A stretch of 64,000 bases of DNA, taken from NCBI RefSeq assembly GCF_009914755.1, contig NC_060939.1. One strand, 5' to 3'. The notes under the pieces are model-generated. The model saw only the letters and a list, made by a program, of their open reading frames with translations, did not search any database and was not told the origin of the DNA. Each line of letters starts with the position of its first letter. Position 1 is the stretch's first letter. Below, piece after piece: positions 25,661 to 37,874 of the stretch. The translations under genes were made by a program, and so were the position numbers. Origin of the DNA: the human T2T-CHM13v2.0 reference genome, Homo sapiens.

Positions 25661-26425
25661 GCATCTGGCCAAAAATAAAAAAGGAAGTCCGTGGATTTCT
25701 GGGGAAAAAAAACCACACAGAATTAAGAAATACAAACAGTACCAAAATAGAAGTTATAAAGGAGAAGGTGAAGAAGAGGTAAAAAGATATCATGAAAGAA
25801 GGCATCTTTCAAAAAAAAAATTAAAAGGCAATTACTTAAAAATAATGAACTAGACTATGGGATAGTTATGAAGCACACCTTAAAATATCATAATTGTGAT
25901 CATGTTATTCAAAAGGAGTTTAAGCAAAGAGAATAAGTTCAACCTAGAAATTAGGGGCATTTGTCTTTGGAAGGGCATCATTATACTGAGTCAGTGGAAA
26001 AAAATGTGACTCTAGCACCTTTTGGTTCTGAAATGGACAGTATTTATATACTCATAATGTGTACTAAGTTTTCAAATTTTTCAATCAGCCTACAGACAAA
26101 CAAGAATGATTTAGATGTAGTCTGAAAGTGATTTATCTGTGTTTACTTGTGAAAGGAGACAGGAGTGAGGTTGTTGGAGAGGAACATAGAAAGGAAAGTC
26201 AGCAGCTTCCATATCCCATCTTATACAGAAGGGAACAAAAAGATGCCTTAGGAAATAATGAAACATGAAGTAGACTTTTAAGGATGTCATTTAAAATTAC
26301 AAAACAACAATGAAAGATCTAAAAATAGTGATTCAATGTATCTGTCGAAAGTTGTTGGGGTGGGGAAATGGGATATTTTACATAGGTTATATCTTCTTTT
26401 CTAGTACGAGTAAATTATTAATGTT

Positions 26426-28662
26426 GGATATGGTTTGGCTGGGTCTCCACCCAAATTTCCTCTTGAATTGTGGTTCCCATAATCCCCACGTGTTGTAGAA
26501 GGAGCCTGGTGGGAGGTAACTGAATCACAGTGGCAATTTCCCTCATGCTGTTCTCATAATAGCAAGTTCTCACGAGTTTTCATGATTTTATAAGGGACTT
26601 CCCCCTTTGCTCAGTTCTCATTCTTCTCTATTCTGCCACCATGTGAAAAAGGACATGTTTGCTCCCACTACGATTGTAGGTTTCCCAAGGCCATATTAAA
26701 CTGTGAGTCAGTTAAACCTCTTTCCTTTATAAATTACCCAGTTTTTATGGGTAATTTAATGGACAGTTCATTATAGCAGCATGAGAATGGACAAATATAG
26801 TAAACTGGTGCTGGTAGAGAGAGGTGTTGCTATAAAGATATCCAAAAATGTGGAAGCAACTTTGGAACTGGGTAGCAGGCAGAGGTTGCAAGAGTTTGGA
26901 GGGCTCAGAAGAATGTAGGAAGATGTGGGAAAGTTTGTAACTTCTTAGAGACTTGTTGAATGATGGCCTTGATCAAAAACAATGAAGTCTAGGCTGAGGT
27001 GGTCTCAGATGAAGATGAGGAATTTGCTGGGAACTGGAATAAAGGTGACTCTTGCTATATTTTAGCTAAGAGACTGGTGGCATGTTGCCCCTGCTCTAGA
27101 GATCTGTAGAACTTTGAATTTGAGAGAGATTATTTAGGCTATAAGGTGGAAGAAATTTCTAAGTGGCAAAGTGTTCAAGAGGTGGCACGGGTGCTCTTGA
27201 AAGCATTCAGTTTTATGCATTCATCACAAACATAGGTTTGAAATTGGAACTTATGTTTAAAAGGGAAGTGGAGCATGAAAGCTTAGAAATTTTGCAGCCT
27301 GACAATGTGATAGAAAAGAAAAACCCATTTTCTGGAAAGAAAGTCAAGCTGGCTTTAGAAATTTGCTTAAGTAACAGGGAGCCAAATGTCAGTCACCAAG
27401 AAAATGGGGAACGTCTCCAGGGCATGCCAGAGACCTTCAGAGTAGCTCTTCCCATCACAAGCCCCGCAGCCTAGGAGAGAAAAATGGTTTCCTGGGCAGG
27501 GCCCAGGGCACACCTGCTCTATGCAGACTCAGGACATGGTGCCCTGCACCCCAGCTGCTTTAGCTCCAGCAGTCACTGAAAGGGGGCAAGGTACAGCTCG
27601 GGCCATTGATTTAGAAGGTGCGAGCCCCAAGACTTGGTGGCTAACACCTGGGGCCGGGCTTGCAGGTACACAGAAGTCAAGAACTGAGGCAGGGGAACCT
27701 CCGCCTAGATTTTAGAGGATGTATGGAAACGCCTGCCAGGAAGAAGTTTGCTGCAGGGACAAAGCCCTCATGGAGAACCTCTGGTAAGACAATGCGGAAG
27801 GGAAATGTGGGGCTGGAGCCCCCAGGCAGAGTCCACACTGCGGCACCACCTAGAGGAGCTGTGAGAAGAGGGCTACTATCCTCCAGACACAAGAATGGTA
27901 GATTCACTGACAGCCTGCACCTTGCACCTGCAAAAGCCACAGACAATCAATGTCAGCCCATTCAAGCAGCTAGGAGAGGGGCTGAACCCTGTAAAGCCAA
28001 AGCAGCAGAGTTGCCCAAGGCCATAGGAGCCCAACTCTTGCATCAGCATGACTTGGCTGTCAGACATGGAGTCAAAGGAGATTATTTTCGAGCTTTAAGA
28101 TTTGACTACCTACTGGATTTCAGACCTGCATGGGGCCTGTAACCCCTTCGTTTTAACCAATTTCTCCCATTTGAAGTGGGTGTATTAGCCCAATGCCTGT
28201 ACCCCCATTGTATGTAGGAAGTAACTAACTTGCTTTTGATTTTTCAGGCTCATAGGTGAAAAAAACTTGCCTTGTCTGAGATGAGACCTTTACTTGGACT
28301 TTTGCGTTAATGCTGGAATGAGTTGAGACTTTGTGGGACTGTTGGAAAGGCATGATTGTTTTTTGAAATGTGAGGACATGAAATATGGGAGGAGCCAGCG
28401 GTGGAATTATATAATTTGGCTATATCCCCACTCAAATATCATCTTGAATTGTAGTTCCCATAATCCCTGTGTGTCATGGGAGGAACCTGGTGGGAGGTAA
28501 TAGAATGATGGGGGAAGTTTCCCCCATGCTATTCTCATGATAGAAAGTTCTCGTGAGATCTGATGGTTTTAAAAAGGGCTTCTCCCTTTGCTTGATTCTC
28601 ATTCTTCTCTCTCTTGCAGCCATGTGAAGAGGGACATGTTTCCTTCCCCTATGATTGCAAGT
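26426..28662 (+). mobile_element. THE1C/THE1D-like MaLR: 5' LTR 26426-26799, internal 26800-28406, 3' LTR 28407-28662 truncated
   Basis: GGATATGGTTTGGCTG start, LTR end GAGAATGGACAAATATA, THE1-int and PPT-like GGGAGGAGCCAGCGGTGGAA. The second LTR stops at ATGATTGCAAGT, before its poly(A) signal. Confidence 0.9.
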
Positions 28663-31331
28663 CTTTGGATTTTGGAGGCAACACATTCTTCATTTGGGCG
28701 AGTTACTCCAGGCAATTTATCAAGTGACTCAAAGGGCTGCCAGTTTTGAGTGGGGCCCAGAATAGGAGAAGGCTCTGCAACAGGTCCAGGCTGCTACACA
28801 AGCTGCTCTGCCACTTGGGCCATATGACCCAGCAGATCCAATGGTGCTCGAGGTGTCAGTGGCAGATAGAAATGCCGTTTGGAGCATTTGGCAGCCTCCC
28901 ATAGATGAATCATGATGAAGGCCTCTAGGATTTTGGAGCAGGCCCTGCCATCTTCTGCAGATAACTACTCTCCTTTTGAGAGACAGCTCTTGGCCTGTTA
29001 CCGGGCTTTGGTAGAAACTGAATGTTTGACTATGAGTCATCAAGTCACCATATGACCTGAACAGTCTATCATCAACTGGGTGCTTTCTGACCCATCTAGC
29101 CATAAAGTTGGGAGTGCACAGCAGAATTCCACCACCGAATGGAAGTGGTATATACATGATCAGGCTTGAGCAGGTCCTGAAGGCACAAGTAAGTTACATG
29201 AGGAAGTGGCTCAAATCCCCATGGTCCCCACTCCTGTCAGCCTGCCTTTTCTCCCCCAGGCTGCACCCATGGCCTCATGGGGAGTTCCCTATGATCTGTT
29301 GACAGAGAAGGAGAAAACTAGGGCTCGGTTTAGAGATGGCTTTGCACGATATTCAGGCACCACCCTGAAGTGGACAGCTGCAGCACTACAGCCCCTTTCT
29401 AGGACATCCCTGAAGTGCTGAAGTGGCAGAGGGAAATCTTCCCAGTAGGCAGAACTTCAAGCAGTGCACCTAGTTGTGCATTTTGCTTGGAAGAAGAAAT
29501 GACCAGATGTGTGATTATATACTGATTCATGGGCTGTAGCCAACGGTTTGGCTGGATGGTCAGGGACTTGGAAGAAGTATGATGGGAAAATTGATGACAA
29601 AGAAATTTAGGGAACAGGTATGTGGACGGACCTCTCTGAGTGGTCAAAAACTGTGTAGATATTTGTGTCCTATGTGAGTGCTCACCAATGGGTGACCTCA
29701 GAAAAGGAAGATTTTAATACTCAAGTGGACAGGATGATTCATTTTGTGGACACCACTCAGCCCCTTTCCCCAGCCACCCTTGCCATCACCCAATGGGCCC
29801 ATGAGCAAAGTGGCCATGGTGGCAGGAATGGAGGTTATGCATGGGCTAAGCAACATGGACTTCCACTCAGCAAGGCCGACTTGACTACAGGCACCACTGA
29901 GTGTCCAATTTGCCAGCAGCAGAGACCAACACTGATCCCTCCATATGGCACCATCCTCAGGGTTGATCAGCAAGTTACTTGGTGGCAGGTTGAATATATT
30001 GGACCTTTTCCATCATCGAAAGGGCAATGGTGTGTCCTTATCAAATAGACACTTAGTCTGGATATGGGTTTGCCCATCCTGCATGCAATGCTTCTGCCAA
30101 GACTACTATCCATGAACTCACAGAATGCCTTATCCACCATCATGGTATTCCGCACAGCATTGACTCTGCCAAAGGCACTCACTTTACAGCTAAAGAAGTA
30201 TGGCAGTAGGCTCATACTCATGGAATTCACTGGTCTTACTATGGTCCCTATCATCCTGAAGCAGCTGGATTGATAGAATGGTGGAATGGCCTTTTGAAGT
30301 CACAATTACAACGCCAACTAGGTGACAATACTTTGCAGGGCTGGGGCAAAGTTCTCCAGAAGGCTGTGTATGCTCTGAATCTGCGTCCAATATATGGTAC
30401 TGTTTCTCCCATAGCTAGGATTCACAGGTCCAGGAACAAAGGGGTTGAAGAGAAAGTGGCACCACTCACCATCACCCCTAGTGACCCACTAGCAAAATTC
30501 TTGCTTCTTGTTCCCATGACATTATGTTCTGCTGGCCTAGAGGTCTTAGTTCCAGAGGAAGGAGTGCTGTCACCAGGAGACACAACAATGATCCATCAAA
30601 CTGGAAGTTAAGATTGCCACCTGGCCACTTTGGGCTTCTCTTACTTCTAAATCAACAGGCTAAGAAGGAAGTTACAGTGTTGTCTGGGGTGATTGACCCA
30701 GACCATCAAGATGAACTCAGTCTACCACTCCACAATTGAGGTAAGGAAGGGTATGTGTGGAATACGGGAGATCCCTTAGGGCATCTCTTAGTATTACCAT
30801 ACCCTGTGATTAAGGTATACAGGAAACTACAACAACCCAATTCAAGCAGGACTACAAATTGCCCAGACCTGCAGGCATGAAGATTTGCATCACTCCACCA
30901 GGTAAAAATCAAGATTTGCTGAGGTGCTTGCTGAAGGCAAAGGGAATACAGAATGAGTAGCAGAAGAAGGTAGTCATCAATACTAGCTACCACCATGTGA
31001 TCAGTTGCAGAAACAGGGACTGTAATTGTTGTATTTGGATTTCCTCCTTATTTTCTTAATATGTTTGTGCAGGTATACACTTGTATTAAGAAATGATTTC
31101 CATTTTATTTATTTTCTTTTTCCTTTATCATGTGACATAAGATTTGTTGACTTCACAACAGCATTTAAGTGTTGTTAACTTCATGTATTAGCATTTATGT
31201 TAAGAAATAGTACAGCTGTACAAAGGATAGCTGTATTATGTTAGGCATAATTATGATGTTATTATTCTTTATTTGAAGATTATGTATGATTTCAGGAGAT
31301 ATGTATGGGCTCAAGTTGACAAGGGTGGATT
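28663..31331 (+). pseudogene. HERV-L internal 3' half: degenerate pol (RT connection, RNase H, integrase) and dUTPase, no env
   Basis: ORF pieces WGVPYDLLTEKEKTRARFRDGFARY (RNase H entry), WAHEQSGHGG...CPICQQQRP (integrase HHCC), WWQVEYIGP, IEWWNGLLKSQL (integrase core) and WKLRLPPGHFGLL..VTVLSGVIDPD (dUTPase after IN, the ERV-L order). Many stops and frameshifts. Confidence 0.92.
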
Positions 31332-31880
31332 TGTGATGGTTAATATTGAGTGTCAAGCTGATTGGATTGAAGGATGCAAAGTATTGTTACTGGGTGTGTC
31401 TGTGAGGGTTTTGCCAAAGGAGATTAACATATGAGTCAGTTGACTGAGAGAGGTAGACTCACCCTCAATCTGGGTGGGCACCATCTAATCAGCTGTCAGT
31501 ATGGCCAGAATAAAGCAGGTAGAAGAATGTGGAAGGACTTGACTTGCTGAGTCTTCTGGTCTTTGTCTTTCTCCTGTGATAGATGCTTCCTGTTTTTGAA
31601 TATTGGACTCCAAGTTCTTCAGCTTTTGGACTCATAGACTTACAGCAGTGGTTTTCCAGAGACTCTCAGGCCTTTGGCCATAGATTGAGGGCTGTGCTTT
31701 CAGTTTCCCTACTTTTGAGGTTTTGGGACTTGGACTGGCTTCTTTGCTCCTCAGCTTGTAGATGGTCTATTGCAGAACTTCACCTTGTGATCATTTGAGT
31801 AAACACTCCTTAATAAATTCCTCTTTATATATATATCTATCCTATTAATTCTGTCTTACTAGAGAACCCTGACTAATACA
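31332..31880 (+). mobile_element. MLT2A (HERV-L) 3' LTR
   Basis: TGTGATGGTTAATATTGAGTGTCAA..TGATTGGATTGAAGGATGCAAAG start, AATAAA at 31812, end AGAGAACCCTGACTAATACA. Confidence 0.92.
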
Positions 31881-31981
31881 ATGTTAAAAACTGGCAAGCC
31901 AAATATTTCTGTGACTACCCATTGGAGTTATGAAGTGTAGCAAATGAAGAATTAAGAACAGGAAATAATAAAAATGGCTGC

Positions 31982-34600
31982 TGATACGGTTTGACTGTGT
32001 CCCCAGCCAAATCTCATCTTGAATTGTAACTCCCACAATTCCCATGTGTCATGGGAGGAACCCAGTGGGAGGTCATTAAATTATGGGGGCAGGTCTTTGC
32101 TGCATTGTTCTTGTGATAGGGAATTAGTCTCATAAGATGTGATGGTTTTAAAAATGGGAGTTTCCCTGCACAAGCTCTCTCTTTGCCTGCTGCCATCCAT
32201 GTAAGATGTGACTTGCTTCTTCATGCGTTCCACCATGATTGTGAGGCCTCCCCAGCCATGTGAAACTGTAAGTCCATTAAACCTCTTTGTTTTATAAATT
32301 GCCCAGTCTCGGATATGTCTTTATCAACAGTATGAAAATGAACCAATACAGTAAATTGGTACCGGGGTGGGGCACTGCTGAAAAGATACAAAAAATATGG
32401 AAATGACTTTGGAACTGGGTAACAGGCAGAGGTTGGAACGGTTTGGAGAGCTCAGAAGAAGACAGGAAAATGTGGGAAAGTTTGGAACTCCCTAGAGACT
32501 TGTTGAATTGTTTAGACCAAAATGCTGATAATTATATGGACAATGAAATCCAGGCTGAGGTGGTCTCAGCTGGAGATGAGGAACTTGTTGGGAACTGGAG
32601 TAAAGGTGACATTTGTTATGTTTTAGCAGAGACTGGTGGCATTTTGCCCCTGCCCTAGAGATCTGTAAAACTTTGAACTTGAAAGAAATGATTTAGGGTA
32701 TCTGATGGAAGAAATTTCTAAGCAGTTAAGCATTCACGATATGACTTAGGTGCTCTTAAAGGCATTCAGTTTTTTTCTTTTTGTTTTGTTTTGTTTGTTT
32801 GCTTTTTGAGACAGAGTTTTGCTCTGTTGCCCAGGCTGGAGTGCAGTGGTGTAATCTTGGCTCACTGCAGCCTCTGCCTCCTGGGTTCCAGTGATTCTCC
32901 TCCCTCAGCCTCCTGAGTAGCTGGGACTACAGGCACACACCACCACACCCGGCTAGTTTTTGTATTTTTAGTAGAGACAGGGTTTCACCACGTTGGCAGG
33001 GATAGTCTCGATTTTCCGACTTTGTGATCTGCCTGCCTCAGCCTCCCAAAGTGCTGGGATTACAGGCATGAGCCACTGTGCCCAGACAAAGGCATTCAGT
33101 TTTAAAAGGGAAACAGAGCATAAAAGTTTGGGAAACTTGCATCCTGACAATATGATAGGAAAAAAAATCCCATTTTCCGAGGAGAAATTCAAGCCAGCTG
33201 CAGAAATTTGCATAAGTAATGAGGAACCTAATATTAATCACCAAGACAATGGGGAAAATGTTTCCAGGGCATGTCAGAGACCCTTGTAGCAGTCCCTTCC
33301 ACAGAGGGCCAGAGGTTTAGAAGGAAAAATTGGTTTTGTGGGCCAGGCCCAGGGTCCCTCTGTTTTGTGCCGTCTAAGGACTTGGTGCCCTGCATCCCAG
33401 TCGCTCCAGCTGTGACTAAAAGGGACCAAGTCAGAGGCTCAAGCTGTTGTTTCAAAGGGTGGAAGCCCCAAGCCTTAGCAGCTTCCATTTAGTGTTGAAC
33501 TTGCAGGTGCACAGAAGTCAAGAATTGAGGTCTGGGAATCTCTGCTTCGATTTCAGAAGGTTTATGAAAATGTCTGGATGCCCAGGCAGAAGTGTGCTGC
33601 AGGGACAGAGCCCTCATGGAGAACCTTTCCTAGGGCAGTGCAAAAGGGAAATGTGGGGTTGGAGCCCCCATACAGAGTCCCTAATGAGGTACCACCTAGT
33701 GGAGCTGTGAAAAGAGGGCCACCATCCTCCAGACCCCAGAATGGTAGATCCACTGACAGCTTGCACCATGTGTTTCACTCAACACCAGCCCATGAAAGCA
33801 GCCAGGAGGGAGGCTGTACCCTGCAGTGCCACAGGGGCAGAGCTGCCCATGACCATGGGATCCCACCTCTTGCATCAGCATGACATGGATGTGAGGCATA
33901 GAGTCAGAGACGATCATTTTGGAGCTTTAAGACTTGGCTGCCCTTCTGGATTTCAGACTTTCATAGGGCCTGTAGCCCCTTTGTTTTGGCCCATTTCTCC
34001 CACTGGGAACGGCTGTATTTACCCAATGCCTGTACTCCCATTGTATCTATGAAGTAACTAGCTTCCTTTTGATTTTACAGGCTCATAGGTGGAAGGGACT
34101 TGCCTTGTCTCAGATGAGACATTGGACTGTAGACTTTTGAATTAATGCTGAAATGAGTTAAGACTTTGGGGGACTTTTGGGAAGACATGATTGGTTTTGA
34201 AATATGAGGACATAAGATTTGGGCAGGGCCAGGGGTGGAATGATATGGTTTGGCTGTGTTCCCCACCCCCGAAATCTCATCTTGAATTCACATGTGTTGT
34301 GGGAGGGACCTGGTGGGAGGTGATTGAATCATGGGGCCTAGTCTTTCCCATGCTGTTTATGTGATAGTGAATAGGTCTCATGTGATCTGATGATTTTATA
34401 AAGAGGAGTTCCCCTGTACAAGCTCTCTCTCTTTGCCTGTTGACATCCATGTAAGACGTGACTTGCTCTTCCTTGCCTTCTGCCATGATTGTGAGGTCTC
34501 TCCAGCCATGTGGAACTGTAAGTCCATTAAACTTCTGTCTTTTATAAACTGTCCAGTCTCGTGTATGTCTTTATCAGAAGCACGAAAATGGACTAGTACA
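31982..34600 (+). mobile_element. Full-length THE1A/B-like MaLR (LTRs 31982-32350 and 34241-34600)
   Basis: TGATACGG...CCAATACA, internal region, then TGATATGG...ACTAGTACA. Perfect 5-bp TSD GCTGC at 31977-31981 and 34601-34605. Confidence 0.94.
32774..33087 (-). mobile_element. Alu SINE, AluSc-like, nested in THE1-int
   Basis: Antisense dimer. 16-bp TSD AAAGGCATTCAGTTTT at 32758-32773 and 33088-33103. Confidence 0.93.
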
Positions 34601-35221
34601 GCTGCCTTAGGAAAGGAGGACTCTGGGTAGGATAAATTACTTTTGAAGAGTATAATTCCTTCCATTTTAGTTGGTATTTTTTTCTACCAGGTTTATATTT
34701 TATAGCTGTAGTAGTGTGTATATGTATGATAATTATGAAATTTGTATCCAGATAATGATCTTTTAAGACTTTTTTTCCAAGAACAACAAATCTACAGATA
34801 GGGACAATTCTTTGAAATCTAAAAAATATCTAGATTATCTTGAAGACAATCTTCAGGCAAAAAATCTACACTGTCATGCAGCTTTCTAAAACTTATGCAG
34901 TTATCCTTATAAAATTGATTTTCTCATTGATATTTTGGTTTCATTTACGCAACTTCATTCAAAGCATCTGAAAATTTATTCAATGAAGCTTACCATACTG
35001 AATACAGTGTTGAATATATCTTGCCCCATAACACTTTGAGATATATGACCTAAATTAGGTGAGTCTTCTTAAAGGAAATATAAGGGCTGGTATATTTTGC
35101 TTCTCTTGAGGAACTGACAGCATATTTCTTAGGAAAAACCAAACGCAACTCATTTAGACAAGTGATTTCCAGACTTAACTGACCATGAGATTCATCTGAT
35201 GTAAAAAGCACACACATATTG

Positions 35222-35575
35222 TGTACTAGTCTGTTTTGTGCCCTTATAACAGAATAATCCAGACTAAGTAATGTATAATGAACAGAAATTTATTTGGCTC
35301 ACTTCTGGAGGCTGGGAAGTCTAAGATTGAGGTTCCACATCTTGTGAGGGCCTTCCTGTTGAGTCATAACCTGGTGGAAGTCATCATGTGGCAAGAGAGA
35401 GGGCTACAGAGAGCAAGAGGAAACTCACTCCTGAGATATCAACATTAATCCATTCATGAGGCTGAAGCCCTCATGATCTAAACACCCCCCACTAGGCCAC
35501 ACCTGCCAGTATCATTACATTGGGAACTAAGTTTCCAACACAAGAATTTTGGGAGACACAGTCTAACAACAGCAG
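35222..35575 (-). mobile_element. MaLR solo LTR (MLT1A/MSTC-like), probably inserted in a MER5 remnant
   Basis: TGTACTAGTCTG...AACAGAAATTTATTTGGCTCAC..TGGAGGCTGGGAAGTCTAAGAT...CATTAATCCATTCATGAGG...TTTCCAACAC...ACAGCA. Confidence 0.78.
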
Positions 35576-37446
35576 CTGTCTCCTGAAGAGTTTGATTGAG
35601 TTGGTCCATGTAGAAACCCAGGAATCTCATTACTTAAGTCCTCCTAGAAATTCTGAGGCATATTCAGGTTGAGAGCTGTTAACTCTGCTGATCTTGTTTC
35701 TTTTTTCCTGGCCAATATGGAACTTGGGACAAAATTAACTCTGCTGCTTTAATACATATTTATGACTCCACAAGCCCTGTGTTGTTTCCCCTTGACCTCG
35801 CTCTTTTAGTTTCACTTGGATACATTCTGCTCTTGATTTCAGAAAAAATAAAGAGATAAATAATTGCATAAAATTTATGAACTTTCTAAACAGGTGGCTT
35901 GTATGCAATTTGTTTTAATTACTTCTGAATTTTTTTTTTAAATGTACTCTATTAAGTTCCTGTCTGAGATGCAGGGACTTAGTAGCTGATCTTACATGTT
36001 TCAACAGGACTGTAAAGAAGACCTATGTTGTGGATATGGCATGTTGGCTATATCCCCAAGGACAGCAGTCTTTGAGAGTGAGTTCATTCACCAAGAAATA
36101 TATTTGTGTTGTGTACACCTTGCAAAGAACAAAAACCTTAATAACATGGAAGAGAGGTAGAGTTCTCCTGACAGGATATTCAGTGAGAATTGCATTGAGG
36201 GTAAGAGCGCTTAGAGTCTTATGGTTAGTACGTTGCTAAGATGCTCTGAGTGGAGGGAAAAACTTAAGTTTTGGACTTTTCTGTGGTATCTGCGGTATTT
36301 TGGACAATTTTTTAAAATGCAGGTGTTGAGAGGTTACATGTCATGAAATTCTCACTTTGGAGGACTCTCAAAAGCCAGGTACCAAAAAATTCAGGAAGTG
36401 ACTGGAAGGAGTTACGTCCCCTAAGGCTAGCCCTGGCTTCAGAATTCTTCCTCCCTTGATCTTCAAACACAAGCTCCTTCTAATTAGCATGTTTACAAGA
36501 CATAAGGAAGAACAGAACTGGTTATCAAGAATTCACCTTGATGTAGGATTATCTAACCCACAAGGGTGGCTGGTGTTTTTTTGTTGTTTTGTTTTTTGTT
36601 TTCTATCTTAAAAGGCATTGGAAGTAGGAGGTAAGATGGGGGTGGCTAGGACATTTTCAAGTCCTGAAAGAAGCTGTGTGGCAAGTCAACTGGGGCAATG
36701 CGAGCTATTCTGGAATCACCAATCTTCAACTGGACATCAGAGGATGGCTACTGAATTTGAATGATGACTCAAGTCTTCTGCAGTCCATTAGCTATAAGAC
36801 CCTCAGGCAGGTGTCTTCTGAAATATGAAGAGAAAATTAAGCATGAAAAGTTTGTTGCATGTCTTGTTTGTGTTATAACTCAGCTTGAGACAAAGTGAGT
36901 TTTGTGGAGTCTTACCCTCTCTTCCCTAGTGAGCTTGGAATTGGATATTAAAGGAAAAAACAAAGAGATATTTGTCTTAGAGCTTAGAGCACTGAACAAA
37001 ACAGAGTGTGTGTGGGGGGGCAGTTAACTCTTTTGTGCTTCAAGGTAGCTGTTGCTATGCATTTTATATACACATACATGCTCATAGAAAGCAGCAAAAA
37101 CATAATATTCATAATAAAGTGTATGGGGAAATTGACTTTATGTATATATTGTACCCAGTAGTATAGTTAGAAAAAAAAAAATAACGAGTTCATGTTTTGG
37201 CCACTTCAATAAGAAATGCTTTCTTTCTATGTAGCTCAAGGTAACAAGATCCAGATGAAAAGAAATGACACCACTCAGAGCAAAATAGCATTTATTTCTC
37301 ACTGTCTCTAGTAATGTGTGAGGGAGGAAGCAGGGGGCCTCTTTCTGACCAAATTATATAATTACTGAAAGTGTCAATGGTAGAGGAATTCTGGAGAGCC
37401 TTATGCATTTAGGAATATTTCTAAAAATTCTAATTTAAAAAAATAG

Positions 37447-37510
37447 GAAGAAGAAGAAGAAGAAGAAGAAGAAGAAGAAGAAGAAGAAGAAGAAGAAGAA
37501 AAAGAAGAAG
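37447..37510 (+). repeat. (GAA)18 microsatellite followed by AAA(GAA)2
   Basis: Uninterrupted GAA from 37447 to 37500. Confidence 0.97.
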
Positions 37511-37833
37511 CAGCAGAAATTGTGAAACAAATAAGCTGTTATATCACCAAAATCCCTCCCCTCACCTCCACTTTTTTCATACACACCCAAATGAGAAAAA
37601 AGTAATTTAAAGTATCCTCTAATGTTTGACATACTAAAAGCTAAGAAACTCCAAGATAATTTAGATAAATCAAATATTTTCTTCCTTTCATTTCCCAGAT
37701 CTGTGATTTATAAGCAAGACCTATGTGCTTTATCCATTGTGAACCCTCCTCATCCTCATTCAATCTTGGAGACCAGCATTTTCAGAAACAAATAATCCTT
37801 AAAAAAATAAGAAGCCAGAGAGGGATGAGTAAG

Positions 37834-37835
<2 letters not shown>

Positions 37836-37873
<38 letters not shown>
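37836..37873 (+). repeat. (GT)19 microsatellite
   Basis: Read directly from the sequence. Confidence 0.97.

Positions 37874-37874
<1 letters not shown>

Noticed and set aside
27163-28142. 100-160 aa ORFs resembling those at 14.1-14.7, 33.2-34.0 and 60.9-61.6 kb, suggesting a gene family
   Set aside because: All lie in THE1/MST internal regions. The similarity reflects the shared, frameshifted MaLR ORF.
28729-30996. Possible functional or domesticated integrase/dUTPase
   Set aside because: The frame is broken by many stops and frameshifts (longest sense piece 127 aa), and the first integrase catalytic Asp position reads E (QVEYIGP).
37435-37632. Poly-Phe ORF, and the K/R/E-rich and Pro-rich ORFs at 56520-56702 and 58678-58875
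   Set aside because: These are translations of (GAA)n and purine-rich low-complexity tracts.
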